Made by a program: the position numbers and the translations under genes. From NCBI GenBank assembly GCA_965215505.1, contig OZ244065.1:1952001-2016000 (forward strand): 64,000 nucleotides of DNA, written 5' to 3'. Under the pieces are notes generated by a model, which saw only the letters and a list, made by a program, of their open reading frames with translations, searched no databases and was not told the origin of the DNA. Source of the DNA: Capsulimonadaceae bacterium (GTDB lineage: Bacteria > Armatimonadota > Armatimonadia > Armatimonadales > Capsulimonadaceae). Numbering within the stretch: the stretch's first letter is position 1; each line of letters opens with the position of its first letter. Positions 1 to 11,880 of the stretch are shown here, piece by piece.

Positions 1-1
1 G

Positions 2-1594
2 CCACGCAATGCCCGCCTTTTCGTCGGCTTTATCGGTTCTTTAGGTCTTCTCTCCTTGCTGGACGCTTTGTGCTTCCCGGTCGCCGCTCGGCCGGGGCCG
101 CACTGGGAGAAGGGAATATTTCTGGCCCTGAGCATCCTCGCGGGGGGGGCTAAAATCCGGCTAACGCCGCGCGGATCGGCAGAAAACATCGGCTCTTTGT
201 CGCTCTTGTTTGCGTTGACGTATGTGACCCTGCTTCGGTTCGGCCCAAGTTTGGCCATGCTGGTAGGCTGCCTGAGCACCCTCTCAGCCTGCTTCTACCC
301 TAAGCGCCAGCGGGTCCACCAAGTCATCTTCAATCTCGGCCTCATAGCCGTCTCGACGTTCACTGCGGGCCGGGTCTTCCTTTGGGTCAGCGGCGGCTCA
401 TTTCCAGCCGAGTTGTTTCCTCTATTCACCACCGTGATGGCGTCTTGCCTCGCGTTCTTCTTGATTAATAGCTTGGGGGTGGCTTCCATTATTGCCCTAT
501 CCACGGGCAAGAACCTGGGTCACATCTGGCGTGACTCGTTCCTGTGGACTGCGCCGTCTTACTTCGCTGCGGCTAGCGCGGGGACGCTTGCCATCCTGCT
601 CCTGGGTAATCAGGTCGGGGCGGTGCTGCTGTTCTTCACGCCCGTGGCCGCGCTTACCCACCTCGCCTATGCGCTATCGCAGCGTCGGGCGGAGGAAAAC
701 CAGGAGAGTCAGCAGCGCATCCAGGAGCTTCAGACGCACGAGGCGCAGCTCGCGGAGGACTTGCGGCACGAACACCAGATCGCCGAGACGCTCCAGCGGT
801 CTCTGCTGTCCGCGCCCGCCGAGGACGCCTTCGCCGGCCTGTGCGTCCACACGGAGTACGAGCCGGCCTGGAAAGAGGCGCTGGTCGGCGGCGATTTCTA
901 CGACGTCCTGGCTTTGGGCGAGGGCCGTGTGGCTTTCGTGGTCGGCGACGTGACCGGCAAGGGTCTGGCGGCGGCGACGCACACGGCGGAAGTCAAGTTC
1001 GCGCTGCGGGCGATCCTGCACGAGCATCCGGAGCCGGCGCGGGCACTGACGCGCTTGAACCGGTTCCTGATGCAGCCGCAGCCGGGCGGCCCCGAGCTGC
1101 CGCTGGTTGCGGTCGCTTTGGCGGTGGTGGACGCGCGGACGGGCGAGGCGGCGGTTGCCTCAGCGGGGGCAGAGTACCCACTGCTGCTGCGGGCGGGCGG
1201 CGGGGCGGAGGCGCTCCGGGCGGGCGGGATGCTGCTGGGGACCTTGCGGGATGCCGAGTACGAGGCGCAGACGCTGCGCCTGCTGCCGGGCGACAGCCTG
1301 CTGCTGGTGACGGACGGGCTGACGGAGGCGCGCGGCGGGAGTCAGTTCTTCGGCTACGAGGGCCTGAAGTGGGCCGCGCAGCGGGCGCAGGCGGCGGGCG
1401 TGGTCCGGCTCGGGCAGGAGATCATCGCGGACGCCAAGCGGTTCACCGGGGGCGCGCTGCACGACGATGTCTGCCTGTTGGTGGTGCGGCGCGAGCCGGA
1501 GGCGGCCCGCGTGCCGTCCGTCCCGCTCACCTTCTCGACGGGTGGGCGCACCGTTACCGCCGCTCCAGTGCCTTTGACGACCGGGCGGCAGTGA
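2..1594 (+). CDS. Membrane-bound PP2C/SpoIIE (RsbU-like) Ser/Thr phosphatase; 5' end lies outside the window
   Basis: Frame is open from the window edge. Several N-terminal TM helices, a coiled coil, then SpoIIE motifs VGGDFYD, GDVTGKG, TDGLTEA and HDDVCLL. Confidence 0.85.
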   Translation, partial: PRNARLFVGFIGSLGLLSLLDALCFPVAARPGPHWEKGIFLALSILAGGAKIRLTPRGSAENIGSLSLLFALTYVTLLRFGPSLAMLVGCLSTLSACFYPKRQRVHQVIFNLGLIAVSTFTAGRVFLWVSGGSFPAELFPLFTTVMASCLAFFLINSLGVASIIALSTGKNLGHIWRDSFLWTAPSYFAAASAGTLAILLLGNQVGAVLLFFTPVAALTHLAYALSQRRAEENQESQQRIQELQTHEAQLAEDLRHEHQIAETLQRSLLSAPAEDAFAGLCVHTEYEPAWKEALVGGDFYDVLALGEGRVAFVVGDVTGKGLAAATHTAEVKFALRAILHEHPEPARALTRLNRFLMQPQPGGPELPLVAVALAVVDARTGEAAVASAGAEYPLLLRAGGGAEALRAGGMLLGTLRDAEYEAQTLRLLPGDSLLLVTDGLTEARGGSQFFGYEGLKWAAQRAQAAGVVRLGQEIIADAKRFTGGALHDDVCLLVVRREPEAARVPSVPLTFSTGGRTVTAAPVPLTTGRQ

Positions 1595-1885
1595 CGCCGT
1601 CATGTTGCGGGGCGTAGGGGGTCGGACGCCTGCGCCGCCTGATATCCGTACCACCCCCTCCTTCCCCTCTTTAGTCCCCTCTCTGGCTTTCGCCGCCGGG
1701 CCGCTCTCCGGCGGCCTGTTCTTCCGGCGGCGGCTGAACAACCCGATCATGCTCCGCGTCAGTCCGCATGATTTTTGCTCGTCCGTGGCTCTCTGGCGAA
1801 CAGAATCGATACGGCTCGCCCCCGCTGGACCTGATGGCGGCGGGGCACATGTTCCTGATGATCCAGGACTGCAAGAGGCGCTACG

Positions 1886-2482
1886 ATGCTAAATCCATTC
1901 TCAAAATCCAAGACTTCTGTGGAACACCAGCTAGACAAGCTGGGGAGTGTTGGTCTGCGGCTGACAGAGGGTGTCAAGGTTGATGACCTGTTTCTGTATG
2001 ACAGTCGTGAAAACATGGAGAGAGAGCCATACAGCGCGCTCATCGCAGCACTCGGCTACAGCACGGAAGACGGTGAGGATACGGCCTTTTGCCGGAGCCT
2101 ATGGATGTGTGACTATGAAGGCATTGAAGACAGCGGGGACTATGTTGTCCTTATGAAGCATCTGCAAGTATTGAGCGAGGAGCGGCCAGCGTTGTCCGAC
2201 ATTCAAGACCATGTGGAGATCGGGGATAATAAAGCGTGGATTGAATTCGATCTTAATGCTCATAGGGTTCATTGGGACCTTGAAGTCGATGACGATTGGC
2301 TTGACCCCTTCCTGTTCGTAAAATATGATCAGCTACTTGCCGAACACACAGATGTACGCATCTACTCTAATCATACAGATTTTGGCCAATTGGCACTACT
2401 CGGCTGCTTCACCAGTAACCAGTTCGACAAGTTCAAGAGATCATCAAAGGTAAAGTTTATGCTGATCGCCGATCAACTCTGA
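1886..2482 (+). CDS. Hypothetical protein (acidic, lower GC)
   Basis: 198-aa ORF with protein-like composition in a lower-GC patch, ending just before trpG. Confidence 0.7.
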   Translation: MLNPFSKSKTSVEHQLDKLGSVGLRLTEGVKVDDLFLYDSRENMEREPYSALIAALGYSTEDGEDTAFCRSLWMCDYEGIEDSGDYVVLMKHLQVLSEERPALSDIQDHVEIGDNKAWIEFDLNAHRVHWDLEVDDDWLDPFLFVKYDQLLAEHTDVRIYSNHTDFGQLALLGCFTSNQFDKFKRSSKVKFMLIADQL

Positions 2483-2503
2483 GGTCCCAGGAAAGAAGCA
2501 TCA

Positions 2504-3073
2504 ATGACCAAAGTTCTTGTCATAGATAATTACGACTCGTTCACCTACAACCTCGTGCAGTATTTGGGCGAGATGGGGGCGGAACTGGACGTGCGGCGCA
2601 ACGACACCCTGACGCTGACGGACGTGGCGGCGCTCGCCCCCGAGAAGATACTGATCTCGCCGGGGCCGGGCACGCCGGACGACGCGGGCATCACGCTGGA
2701 CCTGATCCGCGAGTTCGGGCCGCGTACCCCCATCTTCGGCGTCTGCCTGGGGCAGCAGGCCATCGGGCAGGCGTTGGGGGGGCGAGTGATCCGGGCGGAC
2801 AAGCTGATGCATGGCAAGACTTCCCTGGTCAACCATCGTGGGCAGGGCGTTTTCCAGGGCCTCCCCACCCCGCTCGAAGCCACACGCTATCATTCGCTGG
2901 TGGTGGAGCGGGCGACTTTGCCCGACTGCCTGGAGATCACGGCGGAGTCGGACGACGGCGAGATCATGGGGCTGCGGCATCGGTCGTGGCCGCTGGAGGG
3001 GGTGCAGTTCCATCCGGAATCGGTGCTGACCGAACACGGCAAGCAGATGGTGCGAAACTTCCTAGAACGATGA
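2504..3073 (+). CDS. trpG: Anthranilate/aminodeoxychorismate synthase component II (glutamine amidotransferase)
   Basis: [21 protein letters not shown] and VQFHPES motifs; near trpD and trpC. Confidence 0.92.
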   Translation: MTKVLVIDNYDSFTYNLVQYLGEMGAELDVRRNDTLTLTDVAALAPEKILISPGPGTPDDAGITLDLIREFGPRTPIFGVCLGQQAIGQALGGRVIRADKLMHGKTSLVNHRGQGVFQGLPTPLEATRYHSLVVERATLPDCLEITAESDDGEIMGLRHRSWPLEGVQFHPESVLTEHGKQMVRNFLER

Positions 3074-3106
3074 CTCTTAGCGCGGCCTGTGTGTCATAAT
3101 AGACGC

Positions 3107-4210
3107 ATGAACCTTTACGAAAAGCGCCTCAGCCGGGTGCGGACGGCGATGCACGAGAACGGGCTGGATACGCTCATCCTGACGCCGGGCGCGGCCATGC
3201 AGTACCTCACCGGCTTCTCGGAACACGGCTCGCGGTTCCTGGCACTGGTCGTGCCGGACGATCAGCCGTGGCTGTTCGTGACGCCCGCCTTGAACGCCGG
3301 GCAGGCGCGTCAGAATCCCGCCGAGGTGATAGACATCCGCGTCTGGGACGACGCACAGGGCTGGGAAACTCTGCTTGCCACGTTAAGCAAAGACCTGATG
3401 CTGGACATCGGCATCGTCGGCCTGGACGATGACATGCCGGCCCGGTTCGCCTTGAAGATCCAGGAGCTGATGCCGACCGCGCTGCTGAAGCTCGCGGGCG
3501 CGGCCCTCGCCCCCCTGCGGGCCATCAAAGACGCTTCAGAGCTGGCCGCCTTGCAGCGCGCGGGTGAGGCGACGGACGCGCTCATCCCCATCGCCTATGA
3601 AGCCTGCCAAGTCGGCGCGAGCGAGAGGGAGATCAGCCTCGCGATCGGGCAGAGCATCGCACGAGCCGGGTATCAGGACTCATTCGCGCCGATCATCGGG
3701 GCGGGGGCGAACGGGGCCTCGCCGCACCACAACACGGGCCGAACGAAGGTGAAGCGGGGCGACGTCGTCATTCTGGACTTCGGCGCGATGGCGGACGGCT
3801 ACCACGGCGACATCACCCGGACGGTCGCCGTCGGCGAAGCGTCGGACGAGGCCCGGCACGTTTACGACGTGGTTTACCGCGCCTATTCGGCGGGGGTGGA
3901 CGCCGTCGTGCCGGGCGCGACCGCGCATGACGTGGACGCCGCCGCCCGTCAGGTCATCACGGACGCGGGCTACGGCGAGTTCTTCATCCACCGGACGGGC
4001 CACGGCATCGGGCTGGACGACCACGAGGCCCCGTACATGCTGTCCGGCAACTACACGAAGCTGCTGCCGGGCCACTGCTTCTCGGTCGAGCCGGGCATCT
4101 ACCTCCCCGGCAAGTTCGGCGTCCGCCTGGAAAACATCCTGACCGTGAAGGACGATGGCACCGCCCACGTCTTCAACGAGGCTATCTCGCCGGAGATGCC
4201 GGTGCTGTAG
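3107..4210 (+). CDS. Xaa-Pro peptidase, M24B family
   Basis: Creatinase-like N domain plus DFGA..DITRT, HRTGHGIG..HE, EPGIY and GVRLEN motifs. Start set at ATG 3107, 6 nt after CATAAT. Confidence 0.9.
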   Translation: MNLYEKRLSRVRTAMHENGLDTLILTPGAAMQYLTGFSEHGSRFLALVVPDDQPWLFVTPALNAGQARQNPAEVIDIRVWDDAQGWETLLATLSKDLMLDIGIVGLDDDMPARFALKIQELMPTALLKLAGAALAPLRAIKDASELAALQRAGEATDALIPIAYEACQVGASEREISLAIGQSIARAGYQDSFAPIIGAGANGASPHHNTGRTKVKRGDVVILDFGAMADGYHGDITRTVAVGEASDEARHVYDVVYRAYSAGVDAVVPGATAHDVDAAARQVITDAGYGEFFIHRTGHGIGLDDHEAPYMLSGNYTKLLPGHCFSVEPGIYLPGKFGVRLENILTVKDDGTAHVFNEAISPEMPVL

Positions 4211-4235
4211 ACACGCCGTTGCGGGTAGACCCATA

Positions 4236-4298
4236 GAGGGCGGGGACAAGCCCCTACCCTATAGGCGTACCGTAGGGGTACGGCTTGCCCCTGCCCTC
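4236..4298. repeat. GTAG-type REP doublet (inverted pair of short palindromes)
   Basis: GAGGGCGGGGACAAGCCCCTAC...GTAGGGGTACGGCTTGCCCCTGCCCTC; similar copies at 25845-25914 and 39431-39456. Confidence 0.65.
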
Positions 4299-4332
4299 TT
4301 TTGCCACCGTTATCCGCTAGAAAGCCATCCCC

Positions 4333-4950
4333 TTGAAACTCATCGCCGACGCCCTGATTGACCTGCCGTTCACCCTCGACTTCTGCGCGCGGGGGCCGGA
4401 CGTGGACCCGCTGGTCTGCACCGTGAACGGCATGGATGCGACGCTCTTCTTCCCGCCCTCTCTGTCCGAAGGCACCGACGGCAAGGGCATCTTTGGAGAC
4501 TGGGCCTGGTGGACCGGCAAGACACTGCGCCTGGTCCTGGAACAGACCTTGGAAGGCGGCGAAGACACGGAAGCCTTGCGCGACACCGCCTTGGCGACGG
4601 GCCAGGAGGTTTTCCGCCGCTTCCTGAACGCCTACCGCTGGCGCTTCGGCCGGCCGGACGTCCACCCCATCACCCTGGACCCGCGCGTCCTGTCGCTCTC
4701 CGTGCAGCACGATGACGGCATCGTGGAGGCGCTGTCGGAACCGATGGCGGCCTTCTTCTACCAGAACATGCCGACCAAGCCGCCCCTGGAAACCTCGGTC
4801 AACACGACGACGCTGGACACATTGCGCGGCGACGTTCAGGCGGGTGTCGCGCCGCCGCTGGCTGGGCAGTTGCGGCTAGACGCCGAGGCGTTAGAGGCCC
4901 AGGGAGAGGCGGAGCGGGCGGAAATGGTGCGCGGGCTGATTCATTCGTGA
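4333..4950 (+). CDS. Hypothetical protein
   Basis: 205-aa ORF with host-like codon usage; stop overlaps the next start (GTGA). The TTG start is uncertain. Confidence 0.7.
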   Translation: MKLIADALIDLPFTLDFCARGPDVDPLVCTVNGMDATLFFPPSLSEGTDGKGIFGDWAWWTGKTLRLVLEQTLEGGEDTEALRDTALATGQEVFRRFLNAYRWRFGRPDVHPITLDPRVLSLSVQHDDGIVEALSEPMAAFFYQNMPTKPPLETSVNTTTLDTLRGDVQAGVAPPLAGQLRLDAEALEAQGEAERAEMVRGLIHS

Positions 4951-5321
4951 ACGCAGAGCCAACAGATTTCATCGAAGACGCGGCGGGGGTCATTGAGCAT
5001 TACGGGGGATGGCCTACGTTGCACGACGGCCAAATCCTAAACGTGAGCATTGACAGCCATGAGGGGACGATAGACGCATTGGTTGGCTTGTGCGATGCAG
5101 AGTTCCCGTCTGAGAGAGCAACGATTATGGCCTTACGGTGGGAAGGTGTTACTGATTTCCAACTGGCTTCGGCAAATCTTGACGGTGTTCTCTATGAAGT
5201 GGCGTTTGCCAGGACCAAAGGCGGAGCGGAAACGCGGTTCATATCAAAAACAGGCGGCATCACGGGGCGGATACGCGCCGCCCGCATCAAAGTCACCCGC
5301 TACGAACCGGGGGAAGAATGA
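4947..5321 (+). CDS. Imm50-like immunity protein
   Basis: N-terminal HYGGWPTLHDGQILNVSID resembles the Imm50 pattern (f/yG.WP.fHDa.i). Lower GC; coupled to trpD by ATGA overlap. Confidence 0.55.
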   Translation: MNAEPTDFIEDAAGVIEHYGGWPTLHDGQILNVSIDSHEGTIDALVGLCDAEFPSERATIMALRWEGVTDFQLASANLDGVLYEVAFARTKGGAETRFISKTGGITGRIRAARIKVTRYEPGEE

Positions 5322-6340
5322 AGCAAGCAATACAGCATCTGATTGACGGCAACCATCTGACCGAGGCGGAGGCGTCCGACGTGATGCGGCAGATCATGGA
5401 GGGGAAGGCGACGGACGCGCAGATCGCCGCCCTCGCCGTGGCCCTGCGGATGAAGGGGGAGACGGTAGAGGAGATCACCGGCTTCGCCCGCGTCATGCGC
5501 GAGTATGCCGTTCCTGTCCCCGTCAGCACCGACAAGGTCATCGTGGACACTTGCGGGACGGGCGGCGACTCGCTGAAGACGTTCAACGTCTCAACAGCGG
5601 CGGCCTTAGTCGTGGCCGCCGATGGCCGGCTCGCCGTCGCCAAGCACGGGAACCGGGCGGCGACCTCTAAGTGCGGCAGCGCGGATGTTTTGGAGGCGTT
5701 GGGTGTCAAGCTGGACCTGCCGCCGGACCAGCTTGGGAAATGCATCGAAGAGGTCGGCATCGGGTTCTTGTTCGCGCCCTCCATGCACCCGTCGTTCCGG
5801 TATGCCGCCGGGCCGCGCAAGGAGATCGGCATCCGCACCGTCTTCAACCTGCTGGGACCATTGACGAACCCCGCCGGTGCGCCGGTGCAGCTTATCGGCG
5901 TATATGACGGCGCGGTCTGCGAGACTCTGGCCCATGTGCTCCGCAATCTAGGCAGCCACCGCGCTCTGCTCGTGCATGGCGTGGATGGATTGGATGAGCT
6001 GTCAACACTAGGTCTGACGGCAGTAAGCGAACTGAAGGATGGGCAGGTGACATCGTACACGCTGGACCCGGAGTGGGATTTGGGCATTGCGCGGGCGACC
6101 ATCGAACACATCGGGGGCTGTGAAAGCCCGGCCGAGAACGCCGACATCCTGCTGCACATCCTGAAGGGGAAGGACCGGGGGCCGCACCGGGACATCGTCC
6201 TGCTGAACGCGGCGGGGGTGCTGATGGTCGCGGGCGTGGAAGAGGATTTGGAGGCGGGCATGGAGCGCGCCGCCGCGCTGATCGACAGCGGTGCGTCGCT
6301 GGCGGCGCTGGAACGGCTGAAGGAGTTCACGAATGCCTGA
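5318..6340 (+). CDS. trpD: Anthranilate phosphoribosyltransferase
   Basis: DTCGTGGD, FNVST, KHGNR, GSADVLEALG and RTVFNLLGPLTNP motifs. Confidence 0.97.
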   Translation: MKQAIQHLIDGNHLTEAEASDVMRQIMEGKATDAQIAALAVALRMKGETVEEITGFARVMREYAVPVPVSTDKVIVDTCGTGGDSLKTFNVSTAAALVVAADGRLAVAKHGNRAATSKCGSADVLEALGVKLDLPPDQLGKCIEEVGIGFLFAPSMHPSFRYAAGPRKEIGIRTVFNLLGPLTNPAGAPVQLIGVYDGAVCETLAHVLRNLGSHRALLVHGVDGLDELSTLGLTAVSELKDGQVTSYTLDPEWDLGIARATIEHIGGCESPAENADILLHILKGKDRGPHRDIVLLNAAGVLMVAGVEEDLEAGMERAAALIDSGASLAALERLKEFTNA

Positions 6341-7139
6341 GCCGACGATCCTGGATACCATCCTGGCGCACAAGCGGGAGGAGGTGGCGGCGCGCAAGGC
6401 TAAGACGCCGTACATCGAGGAGGCCGCGCGAAACATCGGCTGGGTGTGCCGGGACTTCCTGCGCGCCCTGCAAGCGCCGCCGGTCGGTCTGCTCGCGCTG
6501 ATCGCCGAAGTCAAGAAAGCCTCGCCCTCGGCGGGCGTCATCCGGCCCGGTTTCGACCCGGTGCAGATCGCCCGCGTCTACGAGCAGAGCGGCGCGGCGT
6601 GCCTGTCCGTGCTGACCGATGAGCAGTTCTTTCAGGGCCATGACGCTTACCTGACGACGATCCGCACGGCGGTGGATGTGCCATTGCTGCGGAAAGACTT
6701 TGTTATAGACGCCTTCCAGATCTATGAGGCGCGCGTCATCGGGGCGGATGCGGTTCTCTTGATCGCGGCGGCCCTCAGCCCCACTCAGCTTGCCGACTAC
6801 CGCGCCCTGGCGGGAGAGATCGGGATGACGGCCTTGGTGGAGGTCCACACGGAGGCGGAGATGCAGGTCGCCTTGGGCGCGGGATCCAAGCTAATCGGCA
6901 TCAACAGTCGGGACTTGAACACATTCGTGACCGATCTGGGGACGGTGGAGCGGCTGGCAGCCCCGGTGCCGGACGGCGTGACATTAGTGGCGGAGAGCGG
7001 CATCAAGACGGTGGCCGATGTCAGACGCGTGGCGGAGGCGGGGGCGAAGGCGGTTCTGGTGGGCGAGACGTTCATGCGCGCGCCGGACATCGGGGCAGCG
7101 GTGCGGGGATTGCTGAGTTGGGAGGAGAAGCGACAATGA
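6333..7139 (+). CDS. trpC: Indole-3-glycerol phosphate synthase
   Basis: IAEVKKASPS, LSVLTD, LRKDF, LVEVH, GINSRDL and VAESGI motifs. Confidence 0.97.
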   Translation: MPEPTILDTILAHKREEVAARKAKTPYIEEAARNIGWVCRDFLRALQAPPVGLLALIAEVKKASPSAGVIRPGFDPVQIARVYEQSGAACLSVLTDEQFFQGHDAYLTTIRTAVDVPLLRKDFVIDAFQIYEARVIGADAVLLIAAALSPTQLADYRALAGEIGMTALVEVHTEAEMQVALGAGSKLIGINSRDLNTFVTDLGTVERLAAPVPDGVTLVAESGIKTVADVRRVAEAGAKAVLVGETFMRAPDIGAAVRGLLSWEEKRQ

Positions 7140-7552
7140 ACCCTGACGAAAACAAACAGATCATCCGCGACTCTATCCAGGCGGTCTGGATAGAGCAGAA
7201 CATTGATGCGCTCCCGGACTTCTGGACGGCGGACTGCATCAACCATGCCATGCCGGATGGCGCGGACAACCGCGGGCTGGCCGTTCTTCGGGCTTACCAT
7301 GAGCAGTTCGGCGCCTTTCTTTCCGCCTTCTCGGACGTGCATATTGAGATCCTGCAACAGATCGCGGAGACGGATCGGGTCGTTACTCAACTGCTGACAC
7401 GCGCCCGGCATACAGAACCGTTCATGGGCATCTCCCCGACGGGGAAAGACGTCTCACTCGCAACCATCCGCATTGATCGTTTACAGGGCGGCAAGATCGC
7501 GGAACATTGGTCGGTCGCAGACATGGCCGGCTTCATGCAGCAGCTAACGTGA
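7136..7552 (+). CDS. SnoaL-like ester cyclase (NTF2 fold)
   Basis: AFSDVHIEI..IAETDRVV, PFMGISPTGK and GKIAEHW motifs; ATGA overlap with trpC. Confidence 0.85.
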   Translation: MNPDENKQIIRDSIQAVWIEQNIDALPDFWTADCINHAMPDGADNRGLAVLRAYHEQFGAFLSAFSDVHIEILQQIAETDRVVTQLLTRARHTEPFMGISPTGKDVSLATIRIDRLQGGKIAEHWSVADMAGFMQQLT

Positions 7553-7564
7553 CACCCCGCGTCT

Positions 7565-8551
7565 TCAAAGCGCTTCCCGGACGGCCTTGACGACCGTTTC
7601 TTCCGCCTCAGCCAGCGGCACGTTCAGGGTGCAGCCGGAGGCCATCCGGTGGCCGCCGCCGCCGAAGCGGGCGGCGATCTCGGCGACGTTCACGCTCTCG
7701 CGGGCGCGCAGGGAGACGCGGATGGGGCCGGCCTCCATCTCGCGGAACAGGATGCCGACCTCCGCGCCGCGCACGCCGCGCACATAGTTGACGACGCCCT
7801 CGGTGTCCTGATCGGTCGCGCCGAGGGTGCGGAAGTCGTGGGCCGTGATGCGGGTCCAGACGACCTGACCGTCGGGGGTCTGCGACAGGGCGGCGAGGGC
7901 GGCCCCGAGCAGGCGGGTGGCGGCGAAGGTGCGGTTGTCGAAGACGTGTTCGGAGACGTGCGCGGGCGGCGCACCGGCTTCAAGCAACTTTGCGGCGACG
8001 CGCAGGGTGTTGGGGGTGACGTTCTGGAAGCGGAACGAGCCGGTATCGGTGATGATGCCGGTGAAGAGGCAGGTGGCGATTTGGGGCGTGACGGGCACGT
8101 CGAGCGTCTGGAGCAGGGCGTAGACGATCTCCGCCGTCGAAGCCGCCAAGGCATCGAGGACGCGGATGTCACCGAAAGCACCCGCCGTGACGTGGTGGTC
8201 AATGTCCACGACGCGCCGGGCGCGGGCGATGAGCGGCTTGACCATCTCGCCGACACGGGCCAGCTCGCCGCTGTCCACGACGAGTGCCAGGTCGAACGTG
8301 GGAACGTCCGTCGCCATGACGATCATTTCCGCACCCGGCAGGAAGCGCAGGATGTCGGGGACACCGTCTTGGGAAAGGCAGACGAGGTCTTTGCCCAAGG
8401 GGATCAAGGCCAGGGCCAGCCCGAGCAGAGAGCCGAGCGCATCGCCGTCGGGATTGACGTGGCAGGCCATAACGATGGTTTGGCTTTCACCGATGGCCGC
8501 GACCGTTTCGGCGAGAGGCCGCATCAGGGCGTTGGCTTCGGCGGTGTTCAT
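7565..8551 (-). CDS. nrnA: DHH/DHHA1 phosphoesterase (NanoRNase/pAp phosphatase)
   Basis: HVNPDGDALGS, IDHH, TDTGSF and GGGH motifs; typical position after rbfA. Confidence 0.92.
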   Translation of the reverse strand: MNTAEANALMRPLAETVAAIGESQTIVMACHVNPDGDALGSLLGLALALIPLGKDLVCLSQDGVPDILRFLPGAEMIVMATDVPTFDLALVVDSGELARVGEMVKPLIARARRVVDIDHHVTAGAFGDIRVLDALAASTAEIVYALLQTLDVPVTPQIATCLFTGIITDTGSFRFQNVTPNTLRVAAKLLEAGAPPAHVSEHVFDNRTFAATRLLGAALAALSQTPDGQVVWTRITAHDFRTLGATDQDTEGVVNYVRGVRGAEVGILFREMEAGPIRVSLRARESVNVAEIAARFGGGGHRMASGCTLNVPLAEAEETVVKAVREAL

Positions 8552-8967
8552 TCTGCCGCTCCGGCTTCTTCCAGAGGCGCTTCGGCTTCTTCGGCGGGCG
8601 GCTTGGGCCGGGCGTCGTCCTCGCGTTTGACCTGTTCCAGCACTTCAAAGATGTGGCTGCCGCGCTCGATGGCCTCGTCATACTTGAAGGTCAGAGACGG
8701 GACGTTGATGAACGCCTTGGACTTCTTGAGCTGCTCGCGCAGGACGCCGGTCGCGCCGCGCAGCAGGTTCAGCTTGTCGCGCCGGGCTTCTTCGGTCCCG
8801 AGGACGCTGACGTAGACCGTCGCCTGCTTGTAGTCGGCCGTCACATCCACGTCGGTGATGGACAGCAGGCCCTCCTGGAAGCGCGGGTCGCGCATCTCGC
8901 GCCGGATGATCTCGGACAGCACTTCGCGGAGCTGGTCCTGCAACCTCTGTTTACGGGTCGCTGGCAT
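8548..8967 (-). CDS. rbfA: Ribosome-binding factor A
   Basis: MRDPR...ITDVDVTAD...A.VYVS...P.L.FKYD pattern; operon context. Confidence 0.95.
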   Translation of the reverse strand: MPATRKQRLQDQLREVLSEIIRREMRDPRFQEGLLSITDVDVTADYKQATVYVSVLGTEEARRDKLNLLRGATGVLREQLKKSKAFINVPSLTFKYDEAIERGSHIFEVLEQVKREDDARPKPPAEEAEAPLEEAGAAE

Positions 8968-8978
8968 GGTAGTCTCTT

Positions 8979-9260
8979 TCAGAGCATCTCGATCTCGCTG
9001 TGGCCTAGATCCACGCGCGGGTTGCTCTCGATGTGGTCAATCACTTTGTCTAGCACTTGGTGGGCGAACGAGGCGTCCGTGGCGACAAGGGCGATGCCGA
9101 TGGTCGCCTTGCGCCAGATGTCGTGGTCGCCCACTTCCGTGGCCGAGATGTTGAACTCGCTCCGCAGGTGGGCGAGCAGGCTTTTCAAAACCTGCCGCTT
9201 GTCCTTGAGCGAGTTCGCCTCCTCGATGTGCAGTTCCGCCGTCAGAAGGCCGATGGTCAT
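8979..9260 (-). CDS. DUF503 (YlxP-like) protein
   Basis: SLKDKRQVLKS...FNISATEV motif between infB and rbfA; start ATG at 9260. Confidence 0.9.
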   Translation of the reverse strand: MTIGLLTAELHIEEANSLKDKRQVLKSLLAHLRSEFNISATEVGDHDIWRKATIGIALVATDASFAHQVLDKVIDHIESNPRVDLGHSEIEML

Positions 9261-9295
9261 AGGAAAAGAGGGCGGGTTTCCCCGGCCCCCGTGGG

Positions 9296-11431
<2,136 letters not shown>

Positions 11432-11465
11432 AGAATCAATTCACCTCTCGTTTGCATCGTTTAAT

Positions 11466-11819
11466 TCATTCGGTCGCTCCTGTGGGCTGCACGGCGGCCC
11501 CAGTTTTTTCCGTTACTTCTTTGGCTGCTTCTTCCTTCGTGACCTTTGCCGCGAGGCTTTTCAGGGCCTCCGCCAGTGCAGGCGGCACCGAGCCGGCGGA
11601 CAGGGAGCGCTCAAAACGCTTCTGCTTGATGGCCTTGTCAATGCAGTCGGCGGAGGCGCAGATATACGCGCCCCGCCCGTTGGCCTTCCCGGTGGGGTCC
11701 ACGGCGACGCCGCCGCCATCCTTCTGCGGGGCGCGGACGACCCGGAGCAGGGTCTTCTTCTCCGACGGCTGCCGGCAGACCACGCAGGTCCGTATCGGGA
11801 TGTGGCGCGTTTTCATCAT
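11466..11819 (-). CDS. ylxR: YlxR/RnpM family RNA-binding protein (DUF448)
   Basis: HIPIRTCVVCR, GRGAYIC motifs; lies between nusA and infB. Confidence 0.92.
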   Translation of the reverse strand: MMKTRHIPIRTCVVCRQPSEKKTLLRVVRAPQKDGGGVAVDPTGKANGRGAYICASADCIDKAIKQKRFERSLSAGSVPPALAEALKSLAAKVTKEEAAKEVTEKTGAAVQPTGATE

Positions 11820-11880
11820 CGTTATGGGTCGTCAGGCGGCCCCGACAGCCTCACGGCAGGTCCAAGCCACCCGACCAACT

